Counted from the first letter of the whole stretch, positions 1-11,983 are shown. The stretch: DNA of 63,584 nucleotides, filler included, from Octopus bimaculoides (GCF_001194135.2; 6 parts of 6 records of this genome joined end to end with filler, not necessarily neighbours in it), one strand, 5' to 3'. A program made the numbers and translations. The notes: generated by a model not told the origin, from the letters alone.

Positions 1-57
1 ATATATATACATACACACACACGCACGTACATAAACGAATGTATAAAGACCAACAGG

Positions 58-119
<62 letters not shown>
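58..119. repeat. (GATA)n tetranucleotide microsatellite
   Basis: Uninterrupted AGAT run read directly. Confidence 0.97.
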
Positions 120-692
120 TAAATTTCATGGTAGGTTCTTAGAACTAGAGCGCAAGTTAAGCAGAGATTCATTGATACACACGGGCATAGTGACACAACT
201 AGGGATAGAGAGCTGTACATTACTAGATGTCCTTAAGTCTAGTAAAGATAGGCTACCATTGTCAATTATTTCCTAGAGTGACAACAAAAAAAAACTGAGA
301 ATATAAATATATCCAAACGAAAGAAAAAATTGCCATTCCATTAGATCAACAACAACAAACAGATGTATATATATTTCAGTTATAGCACACATAGGCATGT
401 ATGCTACAGCTGCAATAGTGACTAGACAATAATAGTAAATTATAGTTTATTATATGCGAGACAATGTTGGCAGATAATAGCGTCTCCTACATTGCACTAC
501 TGCAGCAGTCTTATGTATTGTAATTTATCTGGAATGGAATATCACTGTTCTTGTTCACCATGAAATGGTATAACGTCTTTCAGAATCCATTGACTTGGTA
601 TTTACACCAGTGGGTCTTTCGTATCCTTCTTTCTTCACTTATTCCTACTCATTCTGTGAGCAGGAATACATAAATAAATAGAAACATACACA

Positions 693-751
<59 letters not shown>

Positions 752-2184
752 NNNNNNNNNNNNNNNNNNNNNNNNNNNNNNNNNNNNNNNNNNNNNNNNN
801 NNNNNNNNNNNNNNNNNNNNNNNNNNNNNNNNNNNNNNNNNNNNNNNNNNNNNNNNNNNNNNNNNNNNNNNNNNNNNNNNNNNNNNNNNNNNNNNNNNNN
901 NNNNNNNNNNNNNNNNNNNNNNNNNNNNNNNNNNNNNNNNNNNNNNNNNNNNNNNNNNNNNNNNNNNNNNNNNNNNNNNNNNNNNNNNNNNNNNNNNNNN
1001 NNNNNNNNNNNNNNNNNNNNNNNNNNNNNNNNNNNNNNNNNNNNNNNNNNNNNNNNNNNNNNNNNNNNNNNNNNNNNNNNNNNNNNNNNNNNNNNNNNNN
1101 NNNNNNNNNNNNNNNNNNNNNNNNNNNNNNNNNNNNNNNNNNNNNNNNNNNNNNNNNNNNNNNNNNNNNNNNNNNNNNNNNNNNNNNNNNNNNNNNNNNN
1201 NNNNNNNNNNNNNNNNNNNNNNNNNNNNNNNNNNNNNNNNNNNNNNNNNNNNNNNNNNNNNNNNNNNNNNNNNNNNNNNNNNNNNNNNNNNNNNNNNNNN
1301 NNNNNNNNNNNNNNNNNNNNNNNNNNNNNNNNNNNNNNNNNNNNNNNNNNNNNNNNNNNNNNNNNNNNNNNNNNNNNNNNNNNNNNNNNNNNNNNNNNNN
1401 NNNNNNNNNNNNNNNNNNNNNNNNCACGCATATATGTATGTGTGTGTGTGTGTGTGTGAGCGTGTGTTGAGTGTGTGTGTGAGCGTGTGTTGAGTGTGTG
1501 TGTGAGCGTGTGTTGAGTGTGTGTGTGTATGTGTGTTGCTATGGAATTATATATGGTTATTTCTCATATAGAAGAATGCATATCTGGATTGAAGTGTTTC
1601 GATTGATCGATGCTTTGGTGTTGAACTATATTCAACAGCTTGAGTAAGATTTTCTTCTTAATTGATAGAATTGAAAACACGATAGCAATTTTTCTCATCG
1701 ATACGAGATAGCCTTTAGAGAAAATAAATATCTGCCTGCGACGCAACTGCTCTTTGGAAATTTGTAAAGTAGGATGTCTCAGGCAGGTGCGACCCCCGAT
1801 TTTTTTTTCTTTAGCATCATTTCATAGTTTCAATTGCTTCACTTCGTAAACAGGAAATGGGAACTGAAATACTGAGACCATATAAGATGTTCCAGAAACA
1901 TTAGTATGGCTTCGAACTAATCCGAACTTCACAAGCTTCTATATGTTTTTAGAAAACATTATATAGTTTCTTTCAATAGTCACAGACATATCTACATGGT
2001 TAAGAAGTGGTTTCAGGTTCGGGTACACTGCGTGCCAACTTACGTAAATGGTTTATGCTTCAGATAAAACACTTCTTATATGTGAAATTAATAGACAAAA
2101 CGAGTGTGCAGAAGGCAGTCGTATATGCACGCACTCACACACACGCACACATATATATACAGTATATACACGTGTGCATATTTG

Positions 2185-2735
2185 TTTATATTTTTGGATC
2201 TATATATACATATAGCGGCGTAAGTACAACATTTGCTCAGCTTGTATGTAAGCATGTATCTAAATTCTCTGCGACTTCCTTTCTTTCCCCTTTTCTTTTT
2301 CTTGCTCACCCTCTCTCACATTTCTTGGAATTCTCTTTCTTTAATTTCTGTACTTTCCTCTGTTATCTGTCCTATTCATTTCCATTTGTCCCTTTCTATC
2401 TCTCTCTCTCTCCCCCCTCTCTCTCTCTCTCTCTAGTTAATTCCCTAATTCCTCAATCCTTCTGCCTCCTACCTCTCTCTCTTCCTCCCACGTGATCGGT
2501 GTTCGGCCAAACGTGATCTTTGTTTTTTGGCTTGACTTACGTCCGCACAACACCTTATTTTCCTGTCTCCTGACTTTGATCTATGTTCGTGCCTCAAGGC
2601 TTCTACTTTACTCGCCAACTCCACTTAACTTGTTCTTATTAGTCGAAAGACCCCTGTTGTTCTTGATGTTTTTAATTGTAGTCGCTTGACATTTTCTCCG
2701 TTTTCTCGTTTTTTTTTTTTTGTGTGTGTTGTCGC
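2185..2735. repeat. Copy 1 of a ~550-bp locally duplicated repeat unit of unknown class
   Basis: Aligns by eye with 2960-3460, e.g. GGATCTATATATACATATAGC, GCACAACACCTTATTTTCCTGTCTCC and ACATTTTCTCCGTTTTCTC are present in both. Confidence 0.85.
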
Positions 2736-2934
2736 ACATATTCCCTTGCTTTCTTCCAAAAAGATTTGATGCCCTTAGCTTAGATTTTGGGGCCTACCAA
2801 TTTTGAAAAGTCTCAAGTGTAACTGGCTGAAACTGTAATGATGAATGGAAGTTTGACTAATGAAAAAAAGCCACGAATGTTCTGTCTTGGTTTTTCCTGT
2901 TCGTCTTTTATCGTCTACCTGTTCATATGTTTTT

Positions 2935-3500
2935 ATTGTCGTCCGTTACGCTCTTATTCCGTTTTTGGGATCTATATATACATATAGCAGCGTACGTACA
3001 CCTTCTCCTCAGCTTGTAAGTAAGTATGTATCTAATTTCTGTACGACTTTCTTCTTTCTTTCCTCTTTTCTTTTCCTCGCTCACCCTCTCTCACATTTCT
3101 TGGCATTCTCTTACTTTAATTTCTCTACTTTATTCTGTTATCTCTTCTATACACTTCTCTCTGTCCCTTCCTCACTCTCTCTAGTTACTTCCCTAATTCT
3201 TCAATCCTTCTGCCTTCCACCTTGCTCTGTTCCTCCGACGTGACCGGTGTTCGGCCAAGTATGATCTTTCTTTCCTGGCTTGGCCACCGCCCGCACAACA
3301 CCTTATTTTCCTGTCTCCCGACTTTCATCTATGTTTGTGCATTAGGGCTTCTACTTTACTCACCAGTTCAATGTAATTTCTCCTTGTGGTTCTTGATGTT
3401 TGTATTTGTAATCGGGTAACATTTTCTCCGTTTTCTCATCTGTGTGTTGTGTCTGTGTTGTCTGTATTGTCTGTTACGTTCTTATTCCGATTTTTGTATA
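2935..3500. repeat. Copy 2 of the ~550-bp unit, running into the start of a third copy at the gap
   Basis: Same anchors as copy 1. Its end (TTACGTTCTTATTCCGATTTTTGTATATA) repeats its own start (TTACGCTCTTATTCCGTTTTTGGGATCTATA). Confidence 0.8.
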
Positions 3501-3632
3501 TATATATATATATATATATNNNNNNNNNNNNNNNNNNNNNNNNNNNNNNNNNNNNNNNNNNNNNNNNNNNNNNNNNNNNNNNNNNNNNNNNNNNNNNNNN
3601 NNNNNNNNNNNNNNNNNTATTTATATATATAT

Positions 3633-3634
<2 letters not shown>

Positions 3635-3677
<43 letters not shown>

Positions 3678-3721
3678 CCTTCAGGGACTGACTGCCAGAC
3701 ATACTGAACGATAGAGAGAGA

Positions 3722-3762
<41 letters not shown>

Positions 3763-3950
3763 AGGAGACAGATTAATATATAATAGATGATGGTATTAAA
3801 AGAAAAGATTAAGGGAGACAGAAGAAAAAGAAAGAGAAAAAGAAAAAGAGAGTGAAAGAGAAAGAGAGAAGGAAAAAGAAGAGAGAAAGAGATAGAGAGA
3901 GAGCGAAAGAGATAGAGAGAGAGAGAAAGAGAGAAAGAGATATAGAGATA
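3635..3950. repeat. Compound (GATA)n, (GA)n and purine-rich low-complexity tract
   Basis: Read directly. Confidence 0.9.
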
Positions 3951-4320
3951 AATTCAACAGAAAAGACCAAACGTCTCTGCCAACAACAAAAGCCATAACA
4001 TACACCAATAGGATTTTGTGTTACATTTAACTGGAAAGTTAAGCAGGACATAAAATGTTATTGGGGAAATTGTGAAAAATACATGCCTAGATATTGAGGT
4101 ATTAGCTTTTGTTTCGTGGACCTTCGGTTTAGGTCAACGGAGTATATGTATGCTATACATGGTGTGTAGATCGATTCTAACAAGCAATACAATAGCATAT
4201 AGCAAATTCATATCCATTTCTAAGATGATTATATAGCGGGTGATTTTGGTGATATATTTCCTTCATCTTTGTTTAATCTTTGTAAACTATAAACTTCTAA
4301 ATGGTTTTGAACAAAGATTC

Positions 4321-4322
<2 letters not shown>

Positions 4323-4404
<82 letters not shown>

Positions 4405-4437
4405 CTATCTATCTCTATCTCTATATCTCTCTCTCTC
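4323..4437. repeat. (CT)n/(CTAT)n microsatellite
   Basis: Read directly. Confidence 0.95.
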
Positions 4438-4619
4438 TTGTATTTCCTTTGGACGTAGAAAAATTGGATGACATAAATAGTCTCAAGAATAGAAAGAGCA
4501 ACAATAAACACTTTGCAATGACTACGACAACAGCGGCAACAGCAACAACAACAACAACGACGACGACAAAAATAAGGATAATTTATTGCGATACAGGATC
4601 TTCCAGAAACTACTAAAAA

Positions 4620-5310
4620 CATGTGCTAAAGCAGAATACAATAAGTAACTGCAGAATATGGCAAGTTTGAAAAGAAACCATTAATCACATTGTTTCCCCG
4701 GTTTATCCAAGAAAGAAAACCTCCACAGGCATGACAAACATGAAGCTTTTATGTGATAAAAAATATGGAAAGATTTTCAAAAACCGACGTAAAGGAGATG
4801 GCATAAACAACCATCAAATAAAAGGTCACTGGAATTGACAAGGTGACTACGCTCTAGGATACGTCAACTCACACAGAGATATTCTATGAAAACAGTTGTC
4901 AAGGATCCAGAAAAGGTAGCGTTCTATGATGGAAGTATCAGTCCCAATACTCGATTATGTATCGCTAAAAGAAATAGAGAAATTAATCAGATATAAAAAT
5001 CTGGAAATTGAGATAACCAGAATTTGGAAACCGAAAACTGAAAAAAAAAATACTATAATAATAATTATTACTATAGGACTTGATAGAAAAAAAAATGTGT
5101 ATAAATGCATAGATATCTCTATAAATGCAGAAATAATATCTCCAGGAATAACAGCCAACGAAATATAGCAATGACAGGTTCCGTATGACACAGAATACAT
5201 TGAGTAGATTAGAAAACCCGAAGGCATTGATAAATATTGCACGTACCTGGGATACAGAGAGCTGTACTCAGGTGTAAAGTTCATCTCCAGCGTTAGAAGC
5301 TGTGCAAAAG
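4620..5310 (+). mobile_element. Decayed 3' end of an R4/Dong-like non-LTR retrotransposon (CCHC zinc knuckle + restriction-like endonuclease)
   Basis: Broken frames give CRI..ETINHIV, RHD and MEVSVPILDYVSLKEIEKLIRYKNLEIEITRIWK, matching the RLE pattern DV.iP.D..v..KE.EKi.kY.dL..EI.rlW. A (CAA)n(TAA)n tail follows. Confidence 0.8.
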
Positions 5311-5326
5311 CAACAACAACTGCAGC

Positions 5327-5365
<39 letters not shown>

Positions 5366-5367
5366 AA

Positions 5368-5400
<33 letters not shown>

Positions 5401-5405
5401 CAATA
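5311..5405. repeat. (CAA)n(TAA)n compound microsatellite between two Dong-like elements
   Basis: Read directly. Confidence 0.95.
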
Positions 5406-5409
5406 ATGT

Positions 5410-7752
5410 TAAGTGTTAAAATGGAGAGTATTGACAGGCATCCACTCAGGGAAATATATACCTTCCTTTAAGAAAACAATCTACTACCAGCAGAACAAAA
5501 GGAATGCCGAAAAGGATGGATTTATTAAAAAGCCATCCATACAGTTCACAATGGAAAAGGAAAAAGACAATCAGCTGGCATTCCTGGACGTATTAATAAC
5601 ACGCACCAAGTATGGATTCAGGACATCCGTATATTGCAAGCCGACCTTCGCTGGACGATACCTCAACCTCATCTCTCACCAGTCATACAGTGTAAAGAGA
5701 GGGATTGGTCAGTGCCTAAAACATCGAGCAATGAATATAAGTAGCGATCGTTATACACAACACGAAGAAATGATCAAGCTCAGTAACAATCTATTAAGCA
5801 ACAACTACCCCAAAAGCATACTCTCCACTCCAATTAGGAAGAAAAGAGAGGATGAAACCGATAAACTGTCCAGTCTGTCTACCTTATGTGAAAGGCCTCT
5901 TCGAACAGATACAAAAGATATGCGGCCCAAATGAAATCAGGACAGTATTCATGAGTAATACAACACTTCGCAAATATCTCTTTGGAGTAAAACCACCAAT
6001 AGAAGAGAATATGACCAAAGATTGTTTGTATTCCATCCCATGCAGTTGTGGTAGGTTATACAAAGGCGAAACATCTGCCCCCTCAAAATAAGGTTATAGG
6101 AACATCGCAAAGCTGTGATACGAGGAGATATTGATAAATCGGGGAATGAAGGATCAACTCTTAATTGATAATCAAATTATCATGAACGGCAAGAGAAGAT
6201 ACACATGGGTTGACTATCATAAAGCATACGATATGATACCACACTCCTGGATAATAAAAACAATGGGAATGTATGGAGTAGCAGAAAATATGAGAAGCCT
6301 TATATGGAATAGCATGAAATGCTGGAGAATAGAATTGACAGCAGGGAATCAAGTATTAGGAAAGATGAGAATGAAGTTTGGTTTCATCCAGGGGGATAGA
6401 GTGTCCCCACTGCTCATTGTGCTAGGAATGATCCCATGAGTGAAATACTACAGAAAAAGTTGGGGGTATGATCTCGGAAGAGGTAATGGAAAAAACGTAA
6501 CCACTTCATGGACGACCTGAAGTTATTCACAAAAACTAAGACAGATCTGGACAGCCTAGTCCAGTCTGTGCGGATTTTCTCCAATGATATTAAGATGGAG
6601 TTTGGACTCTCAAAATGTGTTACAATGGTGATAAGACAAGGAAAACTTTTCAGAACAGAGGGCATATGGTTGCCAAGTGGTGAAATGAAGAAGGCAATTC
6701 AACCTCAATCCAGCTGTAAATACCTGGAAATACTTCAGGCAGAAATCAAACACAATAACATGAAGGAAAGGACAAAAAGAGAGTAACTGCGGTGAGTGAG
6801 AAAAATATTGGCTTCATAGCTAAATGCCAGAAACATAATTTCAGCAAAGTAACGCGCGCGCAGCCGCAGTAGTTCGGTATGGCGCTGGAATCATCTTGAA
6901 GTGGACAGAGGATGAACTAACAGAGAAAGACAGGAAGTCAAGAAAGCTTCTAACGATACATGGTACCCATCATCCACATGCGGACACTGATCGCCTATAC
7001 ACGAAGAGAGCAAATGGAGGAAGAGGACTGACAAGGGTGGAAGACTGATCGCATATTGGCCTCGAGAGCTTAAAATACCTAGCTCAAAGGAAATTTTACT
7101 AGTGACTGTTAGGAAAAAGGTAGTTTTGAAAGCAGAACAAAAAGGGAAAACAAACGAAGAAGTGCAAAAAGGACATGAAGAATAATTACGCAAGGAACTT
7201 CACGATCAATTCCATGCAGTGACAAAAAAAGTTGCTGGAAAAAATAAGTGAGATTGACTGATGAAAGGAACACTAAAAAAAGAGACCGCAAGGGTCATCC
7301 TGGAGGGTCAACCTGAGGAATGAGCAAGTGTCTCCGCTGTGCCGCATCTGCAATTGAGTGGATGAAACCATTTCCCATATCACAAAAGAATGCCCTAGAG
7401 TTGCCCAAAACGACTACATATTGTGAGGACACGATCAGGTAGCCAAATGCTACATTGAAAACTGCGATAAGTGGGAGCCAGGGAGAGGCAAGACGTGGTA
7501 TGAGACGTGGCTGAGAGCGGCAGCGTTGGATACTATCAAAATCGTCTAGGATTTTCGAATGTAAATAGATCAGGTGCTAGAGCATAACAGACCGGACCTA
7601 GTGGTGGTGGACATGATACACCACATATGCTATATAGTTGATGTTGCATGCCCCTTTGACCCACGAATAGTCAAGAAGGAAGGCGAAAAGATAAATAAAT
7701 ACAACCCTCTTAAATACGAAATAGCCCGACTATAGAAAATGAAGAAGGTGAA
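5410..7752 (+). mobile_element. 5'-truncated, frameshifted R4/Dong-like LINE (RT, zinc knuckle, RLE) interrupted by a Penelope-like fragment
   Basis: KWRVLTGI..EIYTFL*ENNLLPAEQKECRKG | NRGMKDQLLIDN..WVDYHKAYDMIPHSWI..GFIQGDRVSPLL; MDDLKLF..MEFGLSKC; SPLCRICN*VDETISHITKECP; NRPDLVVVD..CYIVDVACPFD..KEGEKINKYNPLKYEIARL. Confidence 0.9.
5517..6140 (+). mobile_element. Internal fragment of a Penelope-like element (RT C-terminus + GIY-YIG endonuclease N-half)
   Basis: PSIQFTMEKEKDNQLAFLDVLITR..FRTSVYCKPTFAGRYLN and CLPYVKG..LYSIPCSCGRLYKGETS..EHRKAVIRG are typical Penelope/Poseidon RT-thumb and GIY-YIG motifs. Confidence 0.88.
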
Positions 7753-7754
7753 AT

Positions 7755-8199
7755 ATATTCTGCTCAATGTCACAGATTTGCTTGTCACTTGTTTGACCTT
7801 AACCAGTTGAGCATGTCCCTTAGTGGCTGATGATACGTGCATCTCTGATTATGAACAGAAGTAGTGAGGGAGCATCATAGCCATGTTTTCAGAGGAATTC
7901 TTTAAAGTTTGAATAATTCACCTATGGAAACATGGCTATTTTATTAAACATCCTTAAACAACCCTTATTCAGGGACCTTTTGAGTGGGATGGGCTACTCA
8001 ACCTGAAGAAAATTCTACTTGGGCTCCAACAGCAATGTCATAGGTTGTTTATCTTGATACGAGATCACCTTGTCGCGCAAGGTTGTGATTGCATGAGGCT
8101 GGGTGCACCCTTATCAGACGGGTAGTCTCTGATGGGTATACTGGGATACGTATATTTTACCCCAGTGTCACTCTGATGGCATGCACTGCTCTCTCACTC

Positions 8200-8257
<58 letters not shown>

Positions 8258-8262
8258 GTAAT
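7755..8262 (+). mobile_element. Non-coding interspersed retro-repeat with an (AAT)n tail (SINE-like or LINE 3' UTR)
   Basis: Abruptly truncates the Dong RLE and ends in CTCTCTCACTC followed by a long (AAT)n run. Recalled as a common octopus repeat; class not established. Confidence 0.55.
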
Positions 8263-8278
8263 GGTAGTAATTATATTG

Positions 8279-8378
8279 NNNNNNNNNNNNNNNNNNNNNN
8301 NNNNNNNNNNNNNNNNNNNNNNTTAATTAATTAANNNNNNNNNNNNNNNNNNNNNNNNNNNNNNNNNNNNNNNNNNNN
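8279..8378. other. Artificial assembly spacer: 44 N + TTAATTAATTAA + 44 N
   Basis: Identical 100-nt construct occurs five times; the 12-mer gives stop codons in all six frames. Confidence 0.95.
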
Positions 8379-9292
8379 TATATAATAGCCAGATGTCTTT
8401 TGACTAGGCACAACGCCAGATTTGTAGGGCATAGATATTATGGTTAACTTCAGTTAGATATTTGTTATTTAGTGTCTAAATTTCCATCGCACCAACTGCG
8501 ACCTGGACACTGACACTATTCCATTGTGTCTCCGTCGATATAAATTCAACAATCAATAATCGTATTTTGACTTTTTTTATTGCAAACAAGAAACAAGATC
8601 CAACGAGAAATCATGACATCTAGACAGTCTCTAAAAGTATCAAACATTAAAAAATACGTAAATATACTCTGTTGGCAGAATTTGCCGCTTCAATATACCA
8701 ATATTAGTTATGTTACCAAATGTCATCACTCCTCATAGAGTATAGGCTATCGATGACCTTTCCCTAGTGTTCTCAACTCTGGGCCTTGGCGTAAGGCCAT
8801 CTATTCCCAGGTCTTGTTTTTGAATCGTCATTGATATTTTTGTAACTTTGCTTTCTTCTAGATAGGGATGTTGGCCCTATCCAAACCCATTTTTACTTCT
8901 GGTAAGATGTGGTTCATATTAATTTGTCCTCTGTCCTTTCACTTCTTTTTGCTAATCCTTACCATGAACTTGCATCCCGTTGAGATGACCCTCAAAGTCA
9001 ATAAAGTTACAAGCTTCCACACTGCAAAAAGGACCGGACCTTAGGCCGGATAATCAATATTAATGGTATTTCGAAAATTACTATTTTTAAATCTCACAAC
9101 GTGAGATATTCAGGAACAGTACTTTGGAGTAAATATTGTTTGCCAACATAACATGGCAGTCCTGGTTTAGGACTAATGTTGCTGTAATTTAGCCCCAGGA
9201 GACATCGTATCCAGCTGGCTATACAACACGATCTGTGTCCTTATATTTTCGAACAAGGGAATCTAGCACCCCCACTCAGCTCAAAACAATAT

Positions 9293-9335
9293 CTGTATAT
9301 CGCGATTTCTGGGTTGTATCCCTTCATCAGCACAG
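9293..9335 (-). ncRNA. Type I hammerhead ribozyme motif, near-intact
   Basis: Minus strand: CTGTG CTGATGA AGGG ATACAA CCCA GAAA TCGCGA TA TACAG. Core intact, stem I 5 bp, stem II 3 bp plus an A.A mismatch next to the core, palindromic stem III ATCGCGAT, AUA cleavage triplet. Confidence 0.65.
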
Positions 9336-9362
9336 AATAATTGTTCGGCCGATTAAGGGAAA

Positions 9363-9405
9363 TTGTGCTGATGAACAGAAATAACCCCGAAATCGCGATA
9401 CACAG
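9363..9405 (+). ncRNA. Type I hammerhead ribozyme motif with a decayed stem II
   Basis: TTGTG CTGATGA ACAG AAATAA CCCC GAAA TCGCGA TA CACAG. Core, stem I and palindromic stem III intact; stem II pairing lost. Confidence 0.5.
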
Positions 9406-10829
9406 ATATTGTTTTGAGCTGAGTTGGGGTGCTAGTTTCCCTTGTTCGAAAATAAGACACAGATCGTGTCGTATAGCCAGCTGGAGACGATGTCTCCTGG
9501 GGCTAAATTACAGCAACATTCTTCCTAAACCAGGACTGTCATGTTATGTTGGCAAACAATCTTTACTGTAAATGGTATTTAATAATTTATTTTACATTAC
9601 AGCGTGCGCCTTAAGGCATTCGCTTTATAAACTGTCGACTAGCGAACACAGCGATTTCAACTCTTTCCTAGAACATTGCCCTCCTTAATGCTACCGAAGC
9701 AGTGTTGATGTTACTAGGGAATATCTGGGTTGTTTTGGCTTACGTCGTTGTCCCCTTTTTTACCTCCTTCATCCATGCAGCCACCAAACGATAGGCTGAA
9801 GAGATCAGCAACTTAGAATAACTGCATAAGGCATTATGTGCTAGGAGTGTTACGCCATTGTTCTTTTTTTTTTCCAAGGTGGAAATAAGAAACTATTAAA
9901 TAAAATGAAATATTAGCTAACTATAGAAATTCGTTGAGTGAGATCAAGTTTAGAATATTGTTCAGGCGATTCTAACGGATGTTATGCCTTGACCGAATTG
10001 GTAGTACAAAAAACAAAAAATAAATTAAAAATTTACCCGGATGTGCAACGCATCCAATGGAAACTTCTCGATCCATTTGCAGTAATAATAAGTAACAGGA
10101 TGTTTTGTTACTTGTGTGAACTGCTTTAAAAAGAATGTTTGTGAAGATTATAACTGGGCCACGAGAGAGAAACTCTTTGGTACGCGGGAGATCAGATAGA
10201 TATATTTATTACCACTCGTGATTTAGTAATTGCAATTAGTTGTTGATCTTGTCAAAAATAACTAAAATTTGCTATGGAAACGTTTGCAGGTTTTATTGGA
10301 TTTCTTCTTTAATAGGAAAAAAATTATATCTTCAGGGATTCAATGAGATCCTTCATACTTTCTCTCTTTCACCAAATCTCCATTTCATTTCCGTGGTGTT
10401 TTCTGCCATCTCAAGAGTTCTTCTTATGTTTCATTACCAACACCGATAGATGGGGCGCATGAAGAATTAGATTCACTGAAATACACAGCAACATGGGAAG
10501 AAACCGGCTTTTGTAGTGTAAACTTCTTTGCCAGCTGCATTAAAGGCAGCCGGAGTTTTACAGTGGAACATTTTATTCCAAATCCTGTACAGTACGGCAG
10601 TAAACCAAACCATTCGCACAGCAACTTGACAGGACACTTTTCGTTCTCTCAATTCTCGTAAATGATATTTCATGCATATAGATCGCCATCTGTTTCTCTA
10701 AAAGATGAACTAATGGATAAAAATGCGTTTATAAAGATTTTATTGATCAAATTATGTAGTTTCTTGTTAATTGAATCGGCCGTGGTATGTTACTTGACCT
10801 TATTTTGCTTTTCCTGATGGAACAGAAAG

Positions 10830-11264
10830 CGAAGTTGGTCTCCGCAGGATTTTGTCCTGAAGATTTGTGTATAAGACGCGTGTCTGCCAAGTTTGTGCCA
10901 AAACTGCTTTCAGCTGACCAAAAAGACACTCGAGTTTCAGTTGCACAAAATCTCCTTGGTTGTGTCGAGAACGATGAAAACTTTTTGAAAACTTTGCGTA
11001 GGTATCTGAGCAGACATCGCCAAGTCTTTGGCGATTTTATGCAGATTCTCTGCTCAACTTTCTATCATAGTCAATGCGACGATCACATGCCACACACCTT
11101 CCTTCCAAACACTGCTGTAAACAACGGAAGTAAGTTAAAACGTTCAAACTTTGTGCGCGTACACAGCAAAGTTCAACGTCAATTTGTATTAAGCGGCCTC
11201 ACTCTGCGTGCTTTGGCTTCTTTACTATGGCAACAGTCCGGATACTTATTGATCAGACGATGTA
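10830..11264. mobile_element. Mariner-type DNA transposon relic with an internal inversion
   Basis: Plus strand 10830-10990 gives EDLCIRRVSAKFVPKLLSADQK..RV. Minus strand from ATG 11068 gives a frameshifted M.E.VEQRICIK..QRLGDVCSDTYAK N-terminus. A TIR-like end GGATACTTATTGATCAGACGATG is followed by TA. Confidence 0.8.
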
Positions 11265-11983
11265 TATATATATATATNNNNNNNNNNNNNNNNNNNNNNN
11301 NNNNNNNNNNNNNNNNNNNNNNNNNNNNNNNNNNNNNNNNNNNNNNNNNNNNNNNNNNNNNNNNNNNNNNNNNNNNNNNNNNNNNNNNNNNNNNNNNNNN
11401 NNNNNNNNNNNNNNNNNNNNNNNNNNNNNNNNNNNNNNNNNNNNNNNNNNNNNNNNNNNNNNNNNNNNNNNNNNNNNNNNNNNNNNNNNNNNNNNNNNNN
11501 NNNNNNNNNNNNNNNNNNNNNNNNNNNNNNNNNNNNNNNNNNNNNNNNNNNNNNNNNNNNNNNNNNNNNNNNNNNNNNNNNNNNNNNNNNNNNNNNNNNN
11601 NNNNNNNNNNNNNNNNNNNNNNNNNNNNNNNNNNNNNNNNNNNNNNNNNNNNNNNNNNNNNNNNNNNNNNNNNNNNNNNNNNNNNNNNNNNNNNNNNNNN
11701 NNNNNNNNNNNNNNNNNNNNNNNNNNNNNNNNNNNNNNNNNNNNNNNNNNNNNNNNNNNNNNNNNNNNNNNNNNNNNNNNNNNNNNNNNNNNNNNNNNNN
11801 NNNNNNNNNNNNNNNNNNNNNNNNNNNNNNNNNNNNNNNNNNNNNNNNNNNNNNNNNNNNNNNNNNNNNNNNNNNNNNNNNNNNNNNNNNNNNNNNNNNN
11901 NNNNNNNNNNNNNNNNNNNNNNNNNNNNNNNNNNNNNNNNNNNNNNNNNNNNNNNNNNNNNNNNNNNNNNNNNNNNNNNNNNN

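Larger units (their letters stand above)
9129..9566. mobile_element. 438-bp fold-back element with ~205-bp inverted arms, each carrying a hammerhead-like motif
   Basis: The left arm GTAAATATTGTTTGCCAACATAAC...CATCAGCACAG is the reverse complement of the right arm TTGTGCTGATG...GTTATGTTGGCAAACAATCTTTAC with scattered mismatches. A TCGGCCGA palindrome lies at the centre (9345-9352). Confidence 0.9.

Noticed and set aside
8755-8900. Two hairpins (GGCCTT/AAGGCC; GATAGGG/CCCTATC) suggesting an HDV-like ribozyme at an RTE 5' end
   Set aside because: I could not thread the nested double pseudoknot; a covariance-model search would be needed.
10400-10670. Stop-free plus-strand frame of about 90 codons (..LKYTATWEETGFCSVNFF..)
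   Set aside because: No start codon, no clear splice sites and no recognised motif.
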